Shown: positions 14,156 to 28,538 of the stretch, piece after piece
Layout: every line of letters begins with the position of its first letter
How positions within the stretch are numbered: position 1 is the stretch's first letter
Assembly (NCBI GenBank): GCA_964016885.1
Contig: OZ024755.1
Location: 8,308,001 to 8,372,000, forward strand
Origin: Eledone cirrhosa
Lineage: Eukaryota
DNA length: 64,000 bases
Direction of reading: 5' to 3'
Program-made: the position numbers and the translations under genes
Notes under the pieces: model-generated
The model's database searches: none
What the model was told of the DNA's origin: nothing
What the model saw: only the letters and a program-made list of their open reading frames with translations

Positions 14156-14430
14156 AACGCATTAAACTAATCATTTACACAAATACCTACAAATCCCACA
14201 GCCATTCTTTCATATATAAACCAGCATTTATACACCGGAATTTACTTAAAAAAAGAGTAAGACGCCCATCGCTAGAAATAGACAGAGAAATCACGTGCAT
14301 AGCTTATTAGATGAAAATCTGTTCCAGTAATTCAATGAACTTAGGAGCGATATTATAATACATCCCTGTCGTTAGTGCTGCAATCACAGAATATGTGTAA
14401 ATAATGTTTCACTGGTATTTAAGAAAAGTA

Positions 14431-14462
<32 letters not shown>

Positions 14463-14568
14463 CGAAAGAAAAACATAAATCAAACTATAATTCATTCATA
14501 GGTTCGCTCCTCTTAGTCTCACTATATACACATATATATATAAAATATATATATATATATATATTCAT

Positions 14569-14615
<47 letters not shown>

Positions 14616-15463
14616 TACATACACATATAATATATATATATATTCATACATATATATATATATATATATATAAGAGGGGGAGTGGTGAATTGTCTATGAA
14701 AGACATGATATATCTAACACAAGATAGCTAATACATATTAACACGGTCACTCGGTGCGATCTATCTGATATCGATTTCCACACATTGAAGAACGTACCAG
14801 ATATTGATTTACATGTCAGTGGTTCTTATATAAGAAATTATCACACTGTAATCTCTTTTACAACAACAATAATACTATTAATAAAAGATAACGAGAGAAA
14901 ATATACTTATCCTTTCCTAAACTCAAGGCGTGTTATTGTGATAATAGATATATATTTTGTAAGAGGCCATATTGTATGAGGTATAATTGATCAAATAGTT
15001 TTATCGACATCGTTCGAACGAAATATAATAATAGTGTGAACTGGACTCCAAAAATAGTAAAGCATCGAATACGAAATAGGACAGCAGTTCAGTAGGTTCC
15101 TTTTTATATCAGAGACTACATTCAATGACAGAACAGAACCATTAATTATATAATAACTAGTTGTCACCTGTGGAAATTCCACGTTTTATAAAGCTCCATG
15201 TTATTTCTTATGCATACTTCTTCATAACAGTTGTTTCATAACGTTAAACATTTTGATTATGTTTTCAATTGCCTTCCATAGTTATAGTTGTTTAAAATGT
15301 AAAACTCGACTTTGTTTTATTGTATACATATACATATATTATACATTTATATATAAATATATATATATACACACATATATATATATACATATATGATTTC
15401 ATTTATCTTAACAACATATATATACATATATATATTTTATATATTATCTTAACAACATATATA

Positions 15464-15525
<62 letters not shown>

Positions 15526-17189
15526 GCTTTACGGCTGTACGAATAATCTCAATCCAGTTCGCTTTGTAAATTGTAAAAGTTTGTTTCTTTGGTTCTATGA
15601 CTTTATCAACTGCAGCGCTACAGCGAAAATAACATTCTTTCCTTCATCTACTTCTGGAAGGATAGATGAAAAATGAGATGAATAGAAACAATAGATTCCA
15701 CATCAAAAACAAAATGACGAAACTTCTCCAATACTATATTGCATCATGCATTAAAAATGAATGCAGCCGAGATGAATAGAAACGCAGTGGATTGAGAGAT
15801 TCAGCATTATGAAACTGGAAAGAAAGTGAAGTGATCTGAAAAATATCAATTACACGGTTTTCTGAAATTAGACAGGTTGATGAAAATATGCGTGCATCTC
15901 ATTAGTTTATGAAAAACAAAAAAAACAAAAATAGTGTTGAACATATTAGGAGGGGACACGTCATACTTAGCTAAGATTAGTTTTGATAAAAGTTTTTTTT
16001 CTTTAATATCCAAGTTTTCCAATTATTTTGGGAGTATAGTGTCTTTATATTCATATTTTTATGTGTTGATAGTGTTTTATTCTTTTACTAGTTCCAGTTC
16101 GTTGATAACGGCATTAACGTAATACAGTTGATAATATCGACCCCATTTTGACAAGTTTTGTACTTATTTTATCGACCTCTTTCTTGTTGAATCTGTAAGT
16201 TACGCCATATAACAAGCTGTAAGCTTTAACACAGGTACGGATGAGCGTGGACACACTCGCACAAACACAGACAAACGCATACACGCAAGCACGTACGAAT
16301 TCGACATAATTTACGAGTACGAGATTGAACTCACTGGTCAAGGTCTATCATAGGACGTCTAGATTTCTTCTTGGTGTCATTTCCAATGATAGATCCTCCG
16401 TCATACAAGGCAATGGTCTTCAACTAGTAAATTATAATAATATGCAAGTGGTTGAGGATTCCACTAACACAAATATTCTAAATATAAATAATTCACAGGC
16501 AAAATGAGTCTGACATAATGCGTGGTTTGGCTAGACTTTTGAGTTACAGGTCCAATACATATCACTAGTTTCCATAGATTTTCTAACTACCATATTAAAT
16601 TCACGTCATGCTTTGACTCGAAATTATGCTGAAGACGCTTATGGAAGATATTATATAGTTTGATTGAACCCGAGACCACATGATTCCGATGTGAACATCT
16701 TAACCATTCAACTATGGGATTTTCACTTTGTCTTTAATATTTCAGTGGTAGATAAATTAAATGTGAATATATTCACAAATATTCAAATGAATTTCCTAAT
16801 AGAAATACTTGAGACGCCATAACGTCTAAATATATATATGTATAAAAAGAGATTTGTCAGATATTTTGACAACTAAATATACTCATATTTCTTATATATC
16901 AGAGTGGTTTGCAGACATCATCACCATCATCCTTTCATCAGTCTACTTCAATACAACATAAATATATACATCTCCGATTTATTTATGATAAATCAAGTTT
17001 ACTTACATTTCCTCACGTTAGGAGAAATACTATACTACAAATAGTTTGCTGCTGGGTTATACGTATAGGGTTAATATTCTTTTCTTTTAGGATATTTCAG
17101 AATGCACGTCTGTAATCAGAAATTTACAATACTGTCAGAAGTTAATCTCATCTTATTCCATACATTTCAGATAATATTTTTTAAAACAT

Positions 17190-17330
17190 TGAAGGCGTGT
17201 GTGGCTTAGTGGTTCGTGTTTTGGGATCATAATCTTAAGATTGTTTGTTCGATTCCCAAACAGCGCGGCGCGTTTTGTAAAACATTTTCTTTCTCGTTGC
17301 TTAAGTTCACGATGCTCTAAAAATGTTGCA
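17190..17330 (+). mobile_element. Degenerate tRNA-derived SINE head
   Basis: TGAAGGCGTGTGTGGCTTAGTGG...GTTCGATTCCC; homologous to 11260-11400. Confidence 0.65.
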
Positions 17331-18714
17331 AGCTAGATCTGTATTACAATTTCTTTAGAATAAATGACAGGGAGATGGGTGAGTGCTATGCATAGGTAAT
17401 TGCTGGTTTCCCGCAAGAACATATTATCTAGGAGAAGAATCATCCGCATATTATCTTTGGGAGAAGAATAATCCGCAGTACTAGAAAGTTACTTCATTTA
17501 TCGATCTCAGAAGGATAAAAGGCAATGTTTGTCGTTGAGGGATTTAAACTCGCATTTTACAGATATGACGATCATATAATTGTTTTAGCATTTTCAATCG
17601 ATTACTTGAATGCGAGGGTCTTCCTGTTTCACATGTGGCGTTACTTCACCAGTAGAAAGGGTCCATCTTCTCATGTTATCTGTCATTCCAAATATCACTG
17701 GATCTCTCAGTAATATTTGGAATTTATATTGTGAAAAAAGTTGATATAATGTCACATAATATTTAGTTTACCTCATGTAGATTCTGCGTTCAAACCCCAC
17801 GAAAGTTGTCTTTTTACTCTACTAAAATCGATAATATATTGTTACTGAAATCAATTTCAATCGACTACACCTCACCTCAAGACATGTATAACCAGGTGAC
17901 TATGTAAAGAAATCCTCCCTATTAAATTACTATTAACAAATTCTCTCATAAATATGAATGAGAACAAGATTGCCACTTCTAATTTCTATCTAACCTAATT
18001 AATTTCTGCATATATTTTATTACATTACAAAGGAGTATTCTTTTGTTTTTTTATATTAAAAGCAGAATTTCATTATTTATATGAAATCTGTGTGAAAGAT
18101 AAAGATCAGTTGTAAGAAGCCAGGTGAAGTGCTTACATGAATATGATTTGAATGTATGATTTTATTTTTATAGATAACTTTTTTTAATATTCATTTACAG
18201 TCTTTTGTTTCCCGTTTCTCACACGTTATTTCATTCAGATTTTAACTGCGGCAACATGTCAAGTACTCTAAGAATTCTGGAGATTCGGATGAAAATCAAA
18301 GAAATTATTAAATCACAAATGGAAAAGAGACAAAAACAAAATAAGTATATAAAATATATACCAGTAAAATCAATATTCCAGGAAATTAGAGGCACGTGCA
18401 ATCATATGCTTGAATACATAATTTTCAATTCGTTTTCTCGACTATTTAGTTTATGTTAGTCTTATAAACAAAAATGTGTATCCAACTCGACTGGAACCAT
18501 AATTATAATATGAGGTTTTGATATAGAGTTAAAAGGTAAATTTATAGTCATGTATATTCTTCATTAAATATAAAAATTCTCAGGTGATTATTTTTATATA
18601 AACTCAAAGAAAAAATTAATTGTGAAGAAATATTATGAAAGCAGCTATGAGGGTTACATAATGCTTGCAAGTATATATATATATATACATTATATATATA
18701 TATATAGTATAAAT

Positions 18715-18826
18715 AACGAAAAATCAGTGATGCACTCAGTTTATTGCGTGTTACAATTGTTTCGCCGGCAGGTAGCAATTGTAATACGCAATAAACTGAG
18801 TCCAGATGCATCACTGATTTTTCGTT
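18715..18826. mobile_element. Fold-back element centred on an HHR 3' half
   Basis: Arms AACGAAAAATCAGTGATGCA-CTCAGTTTATTGCGTGTTACAATTG and its reverse complement, 16-nt loop; minus strand reads GGCGAA-ACAAUUGU-A then AATAAA; tail carries TATTGAGTGCT. Confidence 0.75.
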
Positions 18827-19012
18827 TTTTTAATACTATTCCCACTCTGCTCTGTAAGAATATTGAGTGCTAATTTTGGCATACCGCATATGGAAGCACC
18901 ATAGCTACCATTATACACACGTATATATAAGTATATATATATATATATATATGGGACTATGAAGAAATACTAGTTATTTTTTCTCTTTGCTCTTCTCCCC
19001 CCCCCCCCACAC

Positions 19013-19076
<64 letters not shown>

Positions 19077-19154
19077 GTTATTCCGGGTTGAATCGGAGGT
19101 AACCACAGTAAGTAAGGTACTCAATACATTGCAGAGTATACAAGTTTTAATATG

Positions 19155-19258
19155 GAAGAGATTCTACAGGACTAGAACTGTTTCATTCTTTAGAAATCAT
19201 CAGGAATCCCTGATCATTTCTAAAGAATGAAACAGTTCTAGTCCTGTAGAATCTCTTC
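19155..19258. mobile_element. 104-bp palindrome of two back-to-back hammerhead copies, in (TA)n
   Basis: 50-bp arms with 1 mismatch and a 4-nt loop (19205-19208). Confidence 0.85.
19158..19210 (-). ncRNA. Type I hammerhead ribozyme
   Basis: GGGAUUC-CUGAUGA-U-UUCU(AA)AGAA-U-GAA-ACAG(UUCUAGUC)CUGU-A-GAAUCUC; stem II is weak. Confidence 0.65.
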
Positions 19259-19833
19259 TATATATATATATATATATGTATAAATTAGTCTCTATTTCGG
19301 GTGTTATATATATATATAGATAACCTGATCTTTAAGTTATATAACTATAGTGGTTTTTATTCTTGAATGTTCTAAATCTTTTGATAGAATTCCATCACTC
19401 AGACAATATTTTGCATTAGTAATATCTACATGCAGGTTCCTGTTGTTCCAATTTCTACCATTTCGGCATTATTATGTAATTATTTTATTCAATGTTCATT
19501 GAGTAATAACAATAGCGTTGACAATTACATCGTGTTTCCACGATATGATTCTGATTGTACCCAGTATGAGTTAGAAAGTTAAAATTTCATTGTTCTTGTG
19601 TTTCAGTCCTTTTCATTTTCATAAATTTAATTTCTAATATATTTCCTATTGAGTTATTGTTTGCATTGTTATCTGCTCCAGGGTATGTTATTACTAGTTT
19701 AACACACTTTTGAAACTAATCTATAAACAGTGTATAGTCTGGTATTTCTTGATATGTTACATCCACTCTTCATGTTTAATTCTCTTATTCGTGACTGAAA
19801 TAGAAAATTGGTCTCTCTCACTCTCCTGTCTTT

Positions 19834-19841
<8 letters not shown>

Positions 19842-19918
<77 letters not shown>

Positions 19919-20627
19919 AATATATATACATATATATATATATAAATATATATACATATATATATATAAATATATATACATATATATATATAAATAAATA
20001 TACATATATATATATAAATAAATATACATATATATATATAAATAAATATATATACATGTATATATATAAATATATATGTATATATATGTATATATATAAA
20101 TATATATACATGTATATATATGTATATATATGAGTATATATACATGTATATATATAAATATATATACATGTATATATATAAATATATATACACATATATA
20201 TATAAAATATATACATATATATATAAAATATATACATATATATATATAAATATATATACATATATACATATAAATATATATACATATATACATATAAATA
20301 TATATACATATATATATATAAATATATATACATATATATATATAAATATATATACATATATATATAAATATATATACATATATATATAAATATATATACA
20401 TATATATATAAATATATATACATATATATATAAATACATATACATATATATATATAAATACATATACATATATATATATAAATATATATACATATATATA
20501 TATAAATATATATACATATATATATATAAATATATATACATATATATATATAAATATATATACATATATATATATAAATATATATACATGTATGTATATA
20601 AATATATATACATATACATATATATAT

Positions 20628-20723
<96 letters not shown>

Positions 20724-20919
20724 TTACATATATACATATATATATATACATATATATATACATATATATATATACATATATACATATATATATACATATA
20801 TATATACATATATATATACATATATATAAATACATATATAAATACATATATATATACATATATATATACATATATATATACATATATATATACATATATA
20901 TATACATCTATATATATAC

Positions 20920-20950
<31 letters not shown>

Positions 20951-21032
20951 CATCTATATATACATATATATATATACATACATCTATATATACATATATA
21001 TATATATACATTATATATATATATATATATAT
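19842..21032. repeat. (TC)n followed by a long patterned (TA)n minisatellite (TAAA/TACA interruptions, about 20-22-bp period)
   Basis: Read directly; source of the 297-398 aa YI-repeat ORFs. Confidence 0.95.
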
Positions 21033-21181
21033 ATTATTTCTGAAGACGGCGTATATATGTGTTAGGTATGTATATTTAATCTTGATAATTTGTATAATTT
21101 TGTATAATTTTGTACATAGATCTGTTGAATATGCATACCAATTATAACACATATATACCCTAGAAACGATCGTTAAATAAT
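21033..21181 (+). ncRNA. Type I hammerhead ribozyme with very long stem II
   Basis: Stem I AUUAUUU/AAAUAAU; CUGAAGA 21040-21046; stem II GUAUAUAUGUGUUA/UAACACAUAUAUAC plus GGUAUGUAUAUUUAA/UUGAAUAUGCAUACC; GAA-ACGAUCGU-U; base of stem II mismatched. Confidence 0.65.
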
Positions 21182-21372
21182 GAACTTTTTTTGTTTAATA
21201 TAAGGAATTGTTTATTCATTATTTGTTTAATATTTTATCTTGACTCTGTATACCGTTTATCTTTCACCGAAAGTGGTTTTTCATTACATCTCTTCTTTCC
21301 ATGATATCCGGAATACATTGAGTTCTTCATACGGATTGGACACTACCGTAAACTCTTGGTAGATTTATCTAC

Positions 21373-21446
<74 letters not shown>

Positions 21447-21594
21447 TTGTGTGTGTGTGTGTTTATTTATTTAATCATTTATGAAATCACATTATGAATA
21501 AATGTTATTTATATACCTATAAAACTACACATATATACACACATACACACACATACACACATACACACATATTATATATATATATATATATATA

Positions 21595-21652
21595 ATTCGG
21601 ATGTAGTTGTCGAAACGGCCGGAGCCCTGCCGTCGTGGTTCTGACTCTTTTC
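21595..21652 (+). repeat. HHR 3'-half fragment of the 7919-8031 family, in (TA)n
   Basis: GTCGAA-ACGGC-CGGAGCCCT-GCCGT-C-GTGGTTCTGACTCTTTTC; a more decayed copy lies at 56365-56428. Confidence 0.65.
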
Positions 21653-22050
21653 ATATATATATATATAGAGAGAGAGAAAGAGAGACATGCAAATACATTT
21701 ATTGGCGTCTCATATGTTTCCTGCATCTAGTGAAACAAATCATTCACCTATGTGTAGGTTACGATAGTATCAAGAAGAGGCAAACTAACTGTACTCTTGG
21801 GTTGAGTAAAAGGTAACATTAAAACCACCAAATGCAATTTTTCCTTCCTCGCAGGTTGACACTGGTTTGTTTCAGTAGTTTCCATAGATCACATTAATGC
21901 ATCAAGTCAATTAATTTCTCTCTTGGTGGATTATCAAAATAGAAAACTACTAAACTTATCGAACTTTAAATTATATTAAAATATGAAAAAGTTGAGTTAA
22001 CTCTAAATGTGTTTATTTTAGCATAACAAACAAAATTCTCCTTATTTAAC

Positions 22051-22149
22051 TATAATACAGTCTGTATAGCTCTACACCTCGACACTGAGTGAACCTAAAC
22101 ATTGAGTGCTCACCCTGGTGAACCTACAGTAACTCCAAGTGACACTCCC

Positions 22150-22152
<3 letters not shown>
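22051..22152 (+). repeat. Dispersed ~100-bp tail repeat ending in (TA)n
   Basis: GCTCTACACCTCGACAC..GTGAACCTAAACA..GGTGAACCTACAGTA..ACACTCCC; copies at 44602-44668 and 47926-48021. Confidence 0.85.
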
Positions 22153-22209
<57 letters not shown>

Positions 22210-22427
22210 TATATACATAAATTGCATTTATATGTTTCAATAACATATTTACTGAAGGTGTTCACCTGAATTATGTTTACCCAATTGGAATTCAATAGTT
22301 TAATATAAAGAAACTGACAGCAGCCATAAATAACGTCTTTATTATTAACGTATCGAAACGTGAGGATTCTGCATATTTTCTCGTCAGCCTAATTAAACAT
22401 AAGCAGATAGATACTATTCAAAACCAT

Positions 22428-22750
22428 GGGACGCAGCATCGCCAGGTGGTTAAGAAGTTCAATTCGATATCATAAGAAACCGGATTCGATTCTGCCGTCT
22501 GGGTCGTGAGTCATATAAGTTGAGTAGATATATTTAGATGACAACTGTTTAAAAGTGTGTCGGGTTGACTGTACATGTACGACAGAGAGAGGGTTTTCTC
22601 TTACTATGTCTTACGCTGCATCTTGAGAATTACGTTAGGGTTCCACGTGTCTGTGCAAGACGAAGCCACATACACTATAATAAAATTAGGATTGTACCTG
22701 TAATTGAAAGGGCGATACTTGTCTCACTGAGTCTTAATCGGAATTACCTT
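22428..22750 (+). mobile_element. Degenerate SINE
   Basis: GGTGGTTAAGAAGTTC...GGATTCGATTC head; body related to the minus-strand remnant at 31270-31400. Confidence 0.45.
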
Positions 22751-23979
22751 TAACTCTACACGAATCTATGGTTCACTCAGCCATTAGCATGTGAATTTCA
22801 TGAGCAGAATATTTTATTGAAGGCAGTTACATCGACGAAGCCATCGGATGTTTATTGCTCAGTATAAGGTAGAGATTATCTCTCAAATTTGAATAGAAAT
22901 TGCCGAGACAGAAATGTATATTACAACGCTCCAAGCGTTCGAGTCGAGAGGAAATGTTTATTTTATAACACCATTTATAAAATAGGTAATGTAAATAGAA
23001 ACAACAAGATTATAAACAGTTTACGATAACATCATAACTTGAATCAGCAAAACAAAAGCAACAACAAACATAAATTGGACATCTTAAATTTCAATTTTAA
23101 AATGTGAAAAAGAGATCAAATCAATTACTCTGGAGTTCTAACATATAACGTTTAATTATTCTTTGTCTAACTAAATATATTAAGAAAAATGTTATAGTAA
23201 ATAGCGTAGAGATAAAGAAAAACAGTTTAGACGGCGGCATTTAATCTAGCACTAAAACTAAATATGATTGGTTATTCAAAATACAGAATTTAAAATTGAA
23301 TTGTAAAGAAAGAGGAAAAAAAGATGAAACCTATGTTAAGAACATGATCACATCAGACTAGCTTTGATTCAATGTAATCTGCACTTTTCTTACATGTTAT
23401 TTGTTGTAATCACTACCTATTAATTGTGTAAGCATAAACGAGGAGAAATCTTCAAAGAGAAAGTTTGGTGCAGACATTAAAAAGAGAAACTGCATATAAG
23501 TAAACACAGTTAAAACAATTTGATGTAATGAAATATTCAATTATGGCGGGAAAGGTTGATGTGATATGAAAGCTATTATCAAAGTACGTATGGCACGGTT
23601 GAACTGCGGTTAAAATGTCGATTAAATTACATGAAAGATTCTGAAAAGAGCAAACTTTTTTGTCCTGTTATAACAGATTATTATTTACCTCCTGTGCATA
23701 CACGAGTTAACATAATTAATTTTCTTATTAATTCAATAGAATCTAAAGAAAACTCTCGATATACCCCACTACAAGTGATTGCCGGTTTCTTTTAAACTTT
23801 CTGGTAATACGGAAATTATTACTCAATTTGACAGGCTAGAATGTCTCCTTTGTGTTTGAAAATGAAAGGTGTTTTTTTTATAGGAAAACAGGAAAACACG
23901 TGTCTTTGTTTGTGAGTGTGTACTTTATCCACATATATCTCCCTTTCTCTCTGTTTATATATATACACACACACTTACA

Positions 23980-24281
23980 AACACATATATATATACATGT
24001 ATATATGCATATATATGTATATATACATGTATATATATGTATATATACATGTATATATGCATATATATGTATATTTACATGTATATATGTATATATACAT
24101 GTATATTTACATGTATATATGTATATATACATGTATATTTACATGTATATATGCATATATACATGTATATATGCTTATATATGTATATATGCATATATAT
24201 ACATGTATATATATATATATGTATATATATATACATGTATATATTATATGTATATATACATGTATATATATATATATATGT

Positions 24282-24327
<46 letters not shown>

Positions 24328-24380
24328 ATATATATATGTATATATACATGTATATATGCATCTATATATGTACATATATA
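23980..24380. repeat. TACATGTATATA-type minisatellite
   Basis: Read directly. Confidence 0.9.
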
Positions 24381-26205
24381 TTTGTTAGTTAAGTGTGCAA
24401 CTGCATATATAAAGGGTTTGCCGTTCAAAACACTATGCTGTTACAAGGATCGTTTCGTGATGGGTTAAGGCAGTAGTGTGCAGAATATAAATAAAAGTAA
24501 GCAGGATGGAACTCAATGTTACAATATATATATAAAGTAAATATACGTATATTATCTCAGCATAGTTGTATTCGAGATTTCTTCCTTCCGATTATGTATT
24601 TAACACATACATTAGACATAGTACTACTGAATACTCAAGGACCCAACACCTTGGTTTGACTTATTGAGCTGTAACCGTCGGGGACCTTGTATGTATATTT
24701 ATTACATATATATGTTGTTTATTCCCATCAGGTCGGGGTTTATCGTTAAATATCGTTTAACGACTGACAGTATAAGTCATACCTTTCGTCAGATAAGTAA
24801 CCACAGCGGTTACATTTTCTCTGACTGGCCTGATGATGTGAAATGTAATGCTTTGTTGGCGGCACAGTTTACCTCCTGGTTACAGGATAGAAACCATAAA
24901 TATACCATCCCAAGAACCACACTTTAACTACTAGGCCAAGTGTCTACAACAAGAACGGATATTTTCAAGTTCGTTTGTCAATAGTTACTACATACATTGT
25001 CTTAACATATATGTCCGAAGGGTGAATAAAATCATAAAATTTATAATTTAATTTTGTGTAGTCGTAAAATATTTCAATTAGGAGAATGTAACAGGTTTAC
25101 ATATATTTTAGTTTATAACACGGCCTAGAATTTTGTAGTTTAGTATAAACTATATCTTAAGTCATCTCATTACAGAATTTAGTTTCGATTAGGCGCTAAG
25201 TGCCTTCATGTGTTGACGAGTGAAAACACTGTCAAACACATTGTATTGATTTCGCTTTTCATCCTCTCGGAATCGATGTTATAATTAGAACTAATGCATG
25301 GAAATCGAATACATCGATTATTTTACTCTCATATAAAACAATCTCATTCGTTGTCCAGAGAAATCGATGATGCAACAAAATATTGGTTCATATTGTTGTT
25401 AGACTTTAACCTAGTACAGAATACTTTACAGCACTTGATTTTCGTGCATCAACATTATGATTTCAAATAGTACTAGCTTAAGATTTACGCTTGATGAGCC
25501 CTGGTTCTACATCATAAATACACATCACACTTTCCGAATCTTTCGATCACCTCTGAACATTTTTCTTTAGATTTCATCTAACCGTAATCCTCTACAAAAT
25601 TTCTTAAGATTATATCCATTATTTAGAAGGTTACGAGAAAACAAATTCAAGATGAGTGCTCTAAAATTCAGCTATGTTTATTAGCTGATAAAAATGTTTT
25701 ATGTGGTATATGTTGCTGCAAACCATGCGATTGCATTGAGGCTTTATGAAAAATAATTTTTAATCCCTTCCAGCATATTGCATTATGGTTTAATATGGAA
25801 GGTAAAAAAATGTTTTAATAGTAGATTAAAATCTGAAAAACAAACAAATATTAATTATTAAAAAGGAATGAATTTAATTCTTTTCTTAAATCAGAAAATA
25901 ATTTACAGCTGCAGTAATATTTTTCATATACAAATACAGTTTATTTGTATTTGAAAAGTATAAATACACATTTACTTGTTCACATTTGACGATATTATTT
26001 GGCACTATAGTTATAGTGCCAAATAGGGAATCTAATATCACCTGATTGAAAAGCATACGTTTTAACCTCACTCTGATGCATGGGCTCTTAATATATGTAT
26101 GAGCTATACATATCAAATATATAACATACGCATATTTGTGGGTATACACATACACACACATATCTATACCATAACACACACACACGCAAACACACACATA
26201 CACAA

Positions 26206-26296
<91 letters not shown>

Positions 26297-26388
26297 AGGT
26301 ATGTTTGATAATAATTAAGTTGTCTGATATAGAACTTTGTCAAAGCTTTATTATATACGATTGATATAAGAAAGGTTTCACTTTCTAG

Positions 26389-26440
<52 letters not shown>

Positions 26441-27334
26441 CCAGTATTCTATGAGAAACACGGACACGTCACATTGATAACAATAAAATATTACAACGCA
26501 AACATTATTCAAAGGAGATGAAAAGAAAATTTACATATAGATGCATAAATTTGAAGTTTTAGCAAGAATATATCTGAAGAATCTATATGGAATGAATTAT
26601 ATATGTATGTATATAAAAAACGTTATTATATATGAAAAGTATAATATCATTAACCTTAAAAATAAGGATTTTAGAACAAATGCGATATCTTGTTTAATTA
26701 TTTCAAAATTGAATTAGGATTATATGTATATATATTAGTAGAAATTGAAATAAGAATAGATGAAAATTTAAGATATACATATTATTTATTTGAAATAGCC
26801 CAAATATAAAGAATCATGATATATATACTTTTAAAAGAACCCTCTTATTCATACCAAGTTTCATTTACAGAACAAAATATGACACGACTCATATAAAATA
26901 ACAGTACAATGCATTTTGTTGTGCTATCTTGTTCAATAAGTTCAACCGGCTACCATTTACCTTCACCTAAATGTTTCCACCTTGCCCCTCCAGAGTAGAA
27001 TCCTACACTTCTGTCGCCTCCAGTCGCATCCATCAATCTCTCCCCTTTTCCTCTTCCCTCAGTTCTCTCTATTATACGTACACACAACATTAAGAACCTT
27101 CTCGTCCACAGTAGTTCTTTACTTCCTTCCAACTCCTCTCATCGATCCCTTCCTTGCTACCGACCCCGCTGTCACACAAGCAGCTTCATTACTTTCTATC
27201 TTTATATACGCCACTGATAATATTTCATATACAAAGAAAACACATTCTCGACAGGTGCTATGTGTCCTCACACAAAAGAGCCGTCATCGCCGTCTTCTCT
27301 CTCGCCCCAATCTCTCTGTATAGTGAGCAAAAGG

Positions 27335-27572
27335 GATCCCGCGCGCTGGCCGCCCCACAGCCCCGGAGGACAGAATAGAGAAGGCGTTTCCCCTGGAGTA
27401 TGGTAAGGGAGATGCATTGGAAGAGCCATTCCATCTCGCGAGGCTCACACCTGCGGCTGGCCAGCCCAGCGCCTATAGTGGTGAGTAGGTAGGTAGTCTT
27501 AGGGCCAAGGACACCAGAAGTCTCCACTGCCAAGGGCACGACCGCAAACCTGTCGGAGAGCGACTGGTATAA
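27335..27572 (-). pseudogene. 3' remnant of a restriction-like-endonuclease non-LTR retrotransposon (CRE-like clade)
   Basis: Translation YQSLSDRFAVVPLAVETSGVLGP...IGAGLASRRCEPREMEWLFQCISLTILQG/NAFSILSS resembles the RLE C-terminal motif PxAxETxGxxG...LFQRxSxxxxRGNA; one frameshift near 27388; GC-rich island. Confidence 0.75.
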
Positions 27573-27924
27573 ACTGAATAGTTTGAGAGCCAGAGTTTTA
27601 AATGTAATACGAGGCTTGTCACATTATAAACCATCAAACACACACACACACATACATACAGACATATACATACACACGTAGGCACACATACACACACACA
27701 CAAACCGTGTGTGTTTCGTAACATTTATCAATGTAATTGAATAGATGTTTTATTACCTTTCTTGGTGTCTAAACGTGTGTCCAAATAAATGTAAGAATTA
27801 AAAATTAAACAAAAAATATTAGCAATTAGATTAATGCTATGTATAATTAATATATTATTAAATAATGACGCATTCAATGAAATGGCAACCTACCTACCTA
27901 TCTATTGATCATTCAATTTATTGA

Positions 27925-27980
<56 letters not shown>

Positions 27981-28170
27981 AGATGTATATATATATATAT
28001 GTATATATATAAATGACAATTGTGTAAAAGAGCGACCCGAAATATGTAAATAAATATATTTTCATCAGAAGACATATAGTCGAATAACTGTGCTTTTGGT
28101 ATAAGTAAATACGACAATTTCAACTATGAGTTTAGTACACTGTTCATTTGTTTGTACTCCTGTGTGTATG

Positions 28171-28211
<41 letters not shown>

Positions 28212-28259
28212 TCCTGCACTCCTGTGTGTATGTATTCATCGATATACATGTATATACAT

Positions 28260-28354
<95 letters not shown>

Positions 28355-28538
28355 ATATATTCTTGTGTGTGCGTGTGCCTCTCTCTATATATATTATTTG
28401 TTTGTTAAAATAATCATATTAAATTAATTGAACAGTTAAACACAGGAATAACAAGAGCCAGAATATTGAAAAGTCGACCCTAAATATGACTAATAGCTCT
28501 AGGAAAGCCATGAACGACATCACAATTTTTAACTTTGA

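Noticed and set aside
17405-17477. Short local tandem duplications (also 7416-7450, 32637-32670, 62860-62901)
   Set aside because: Ordinary slippage duplications with no further structure
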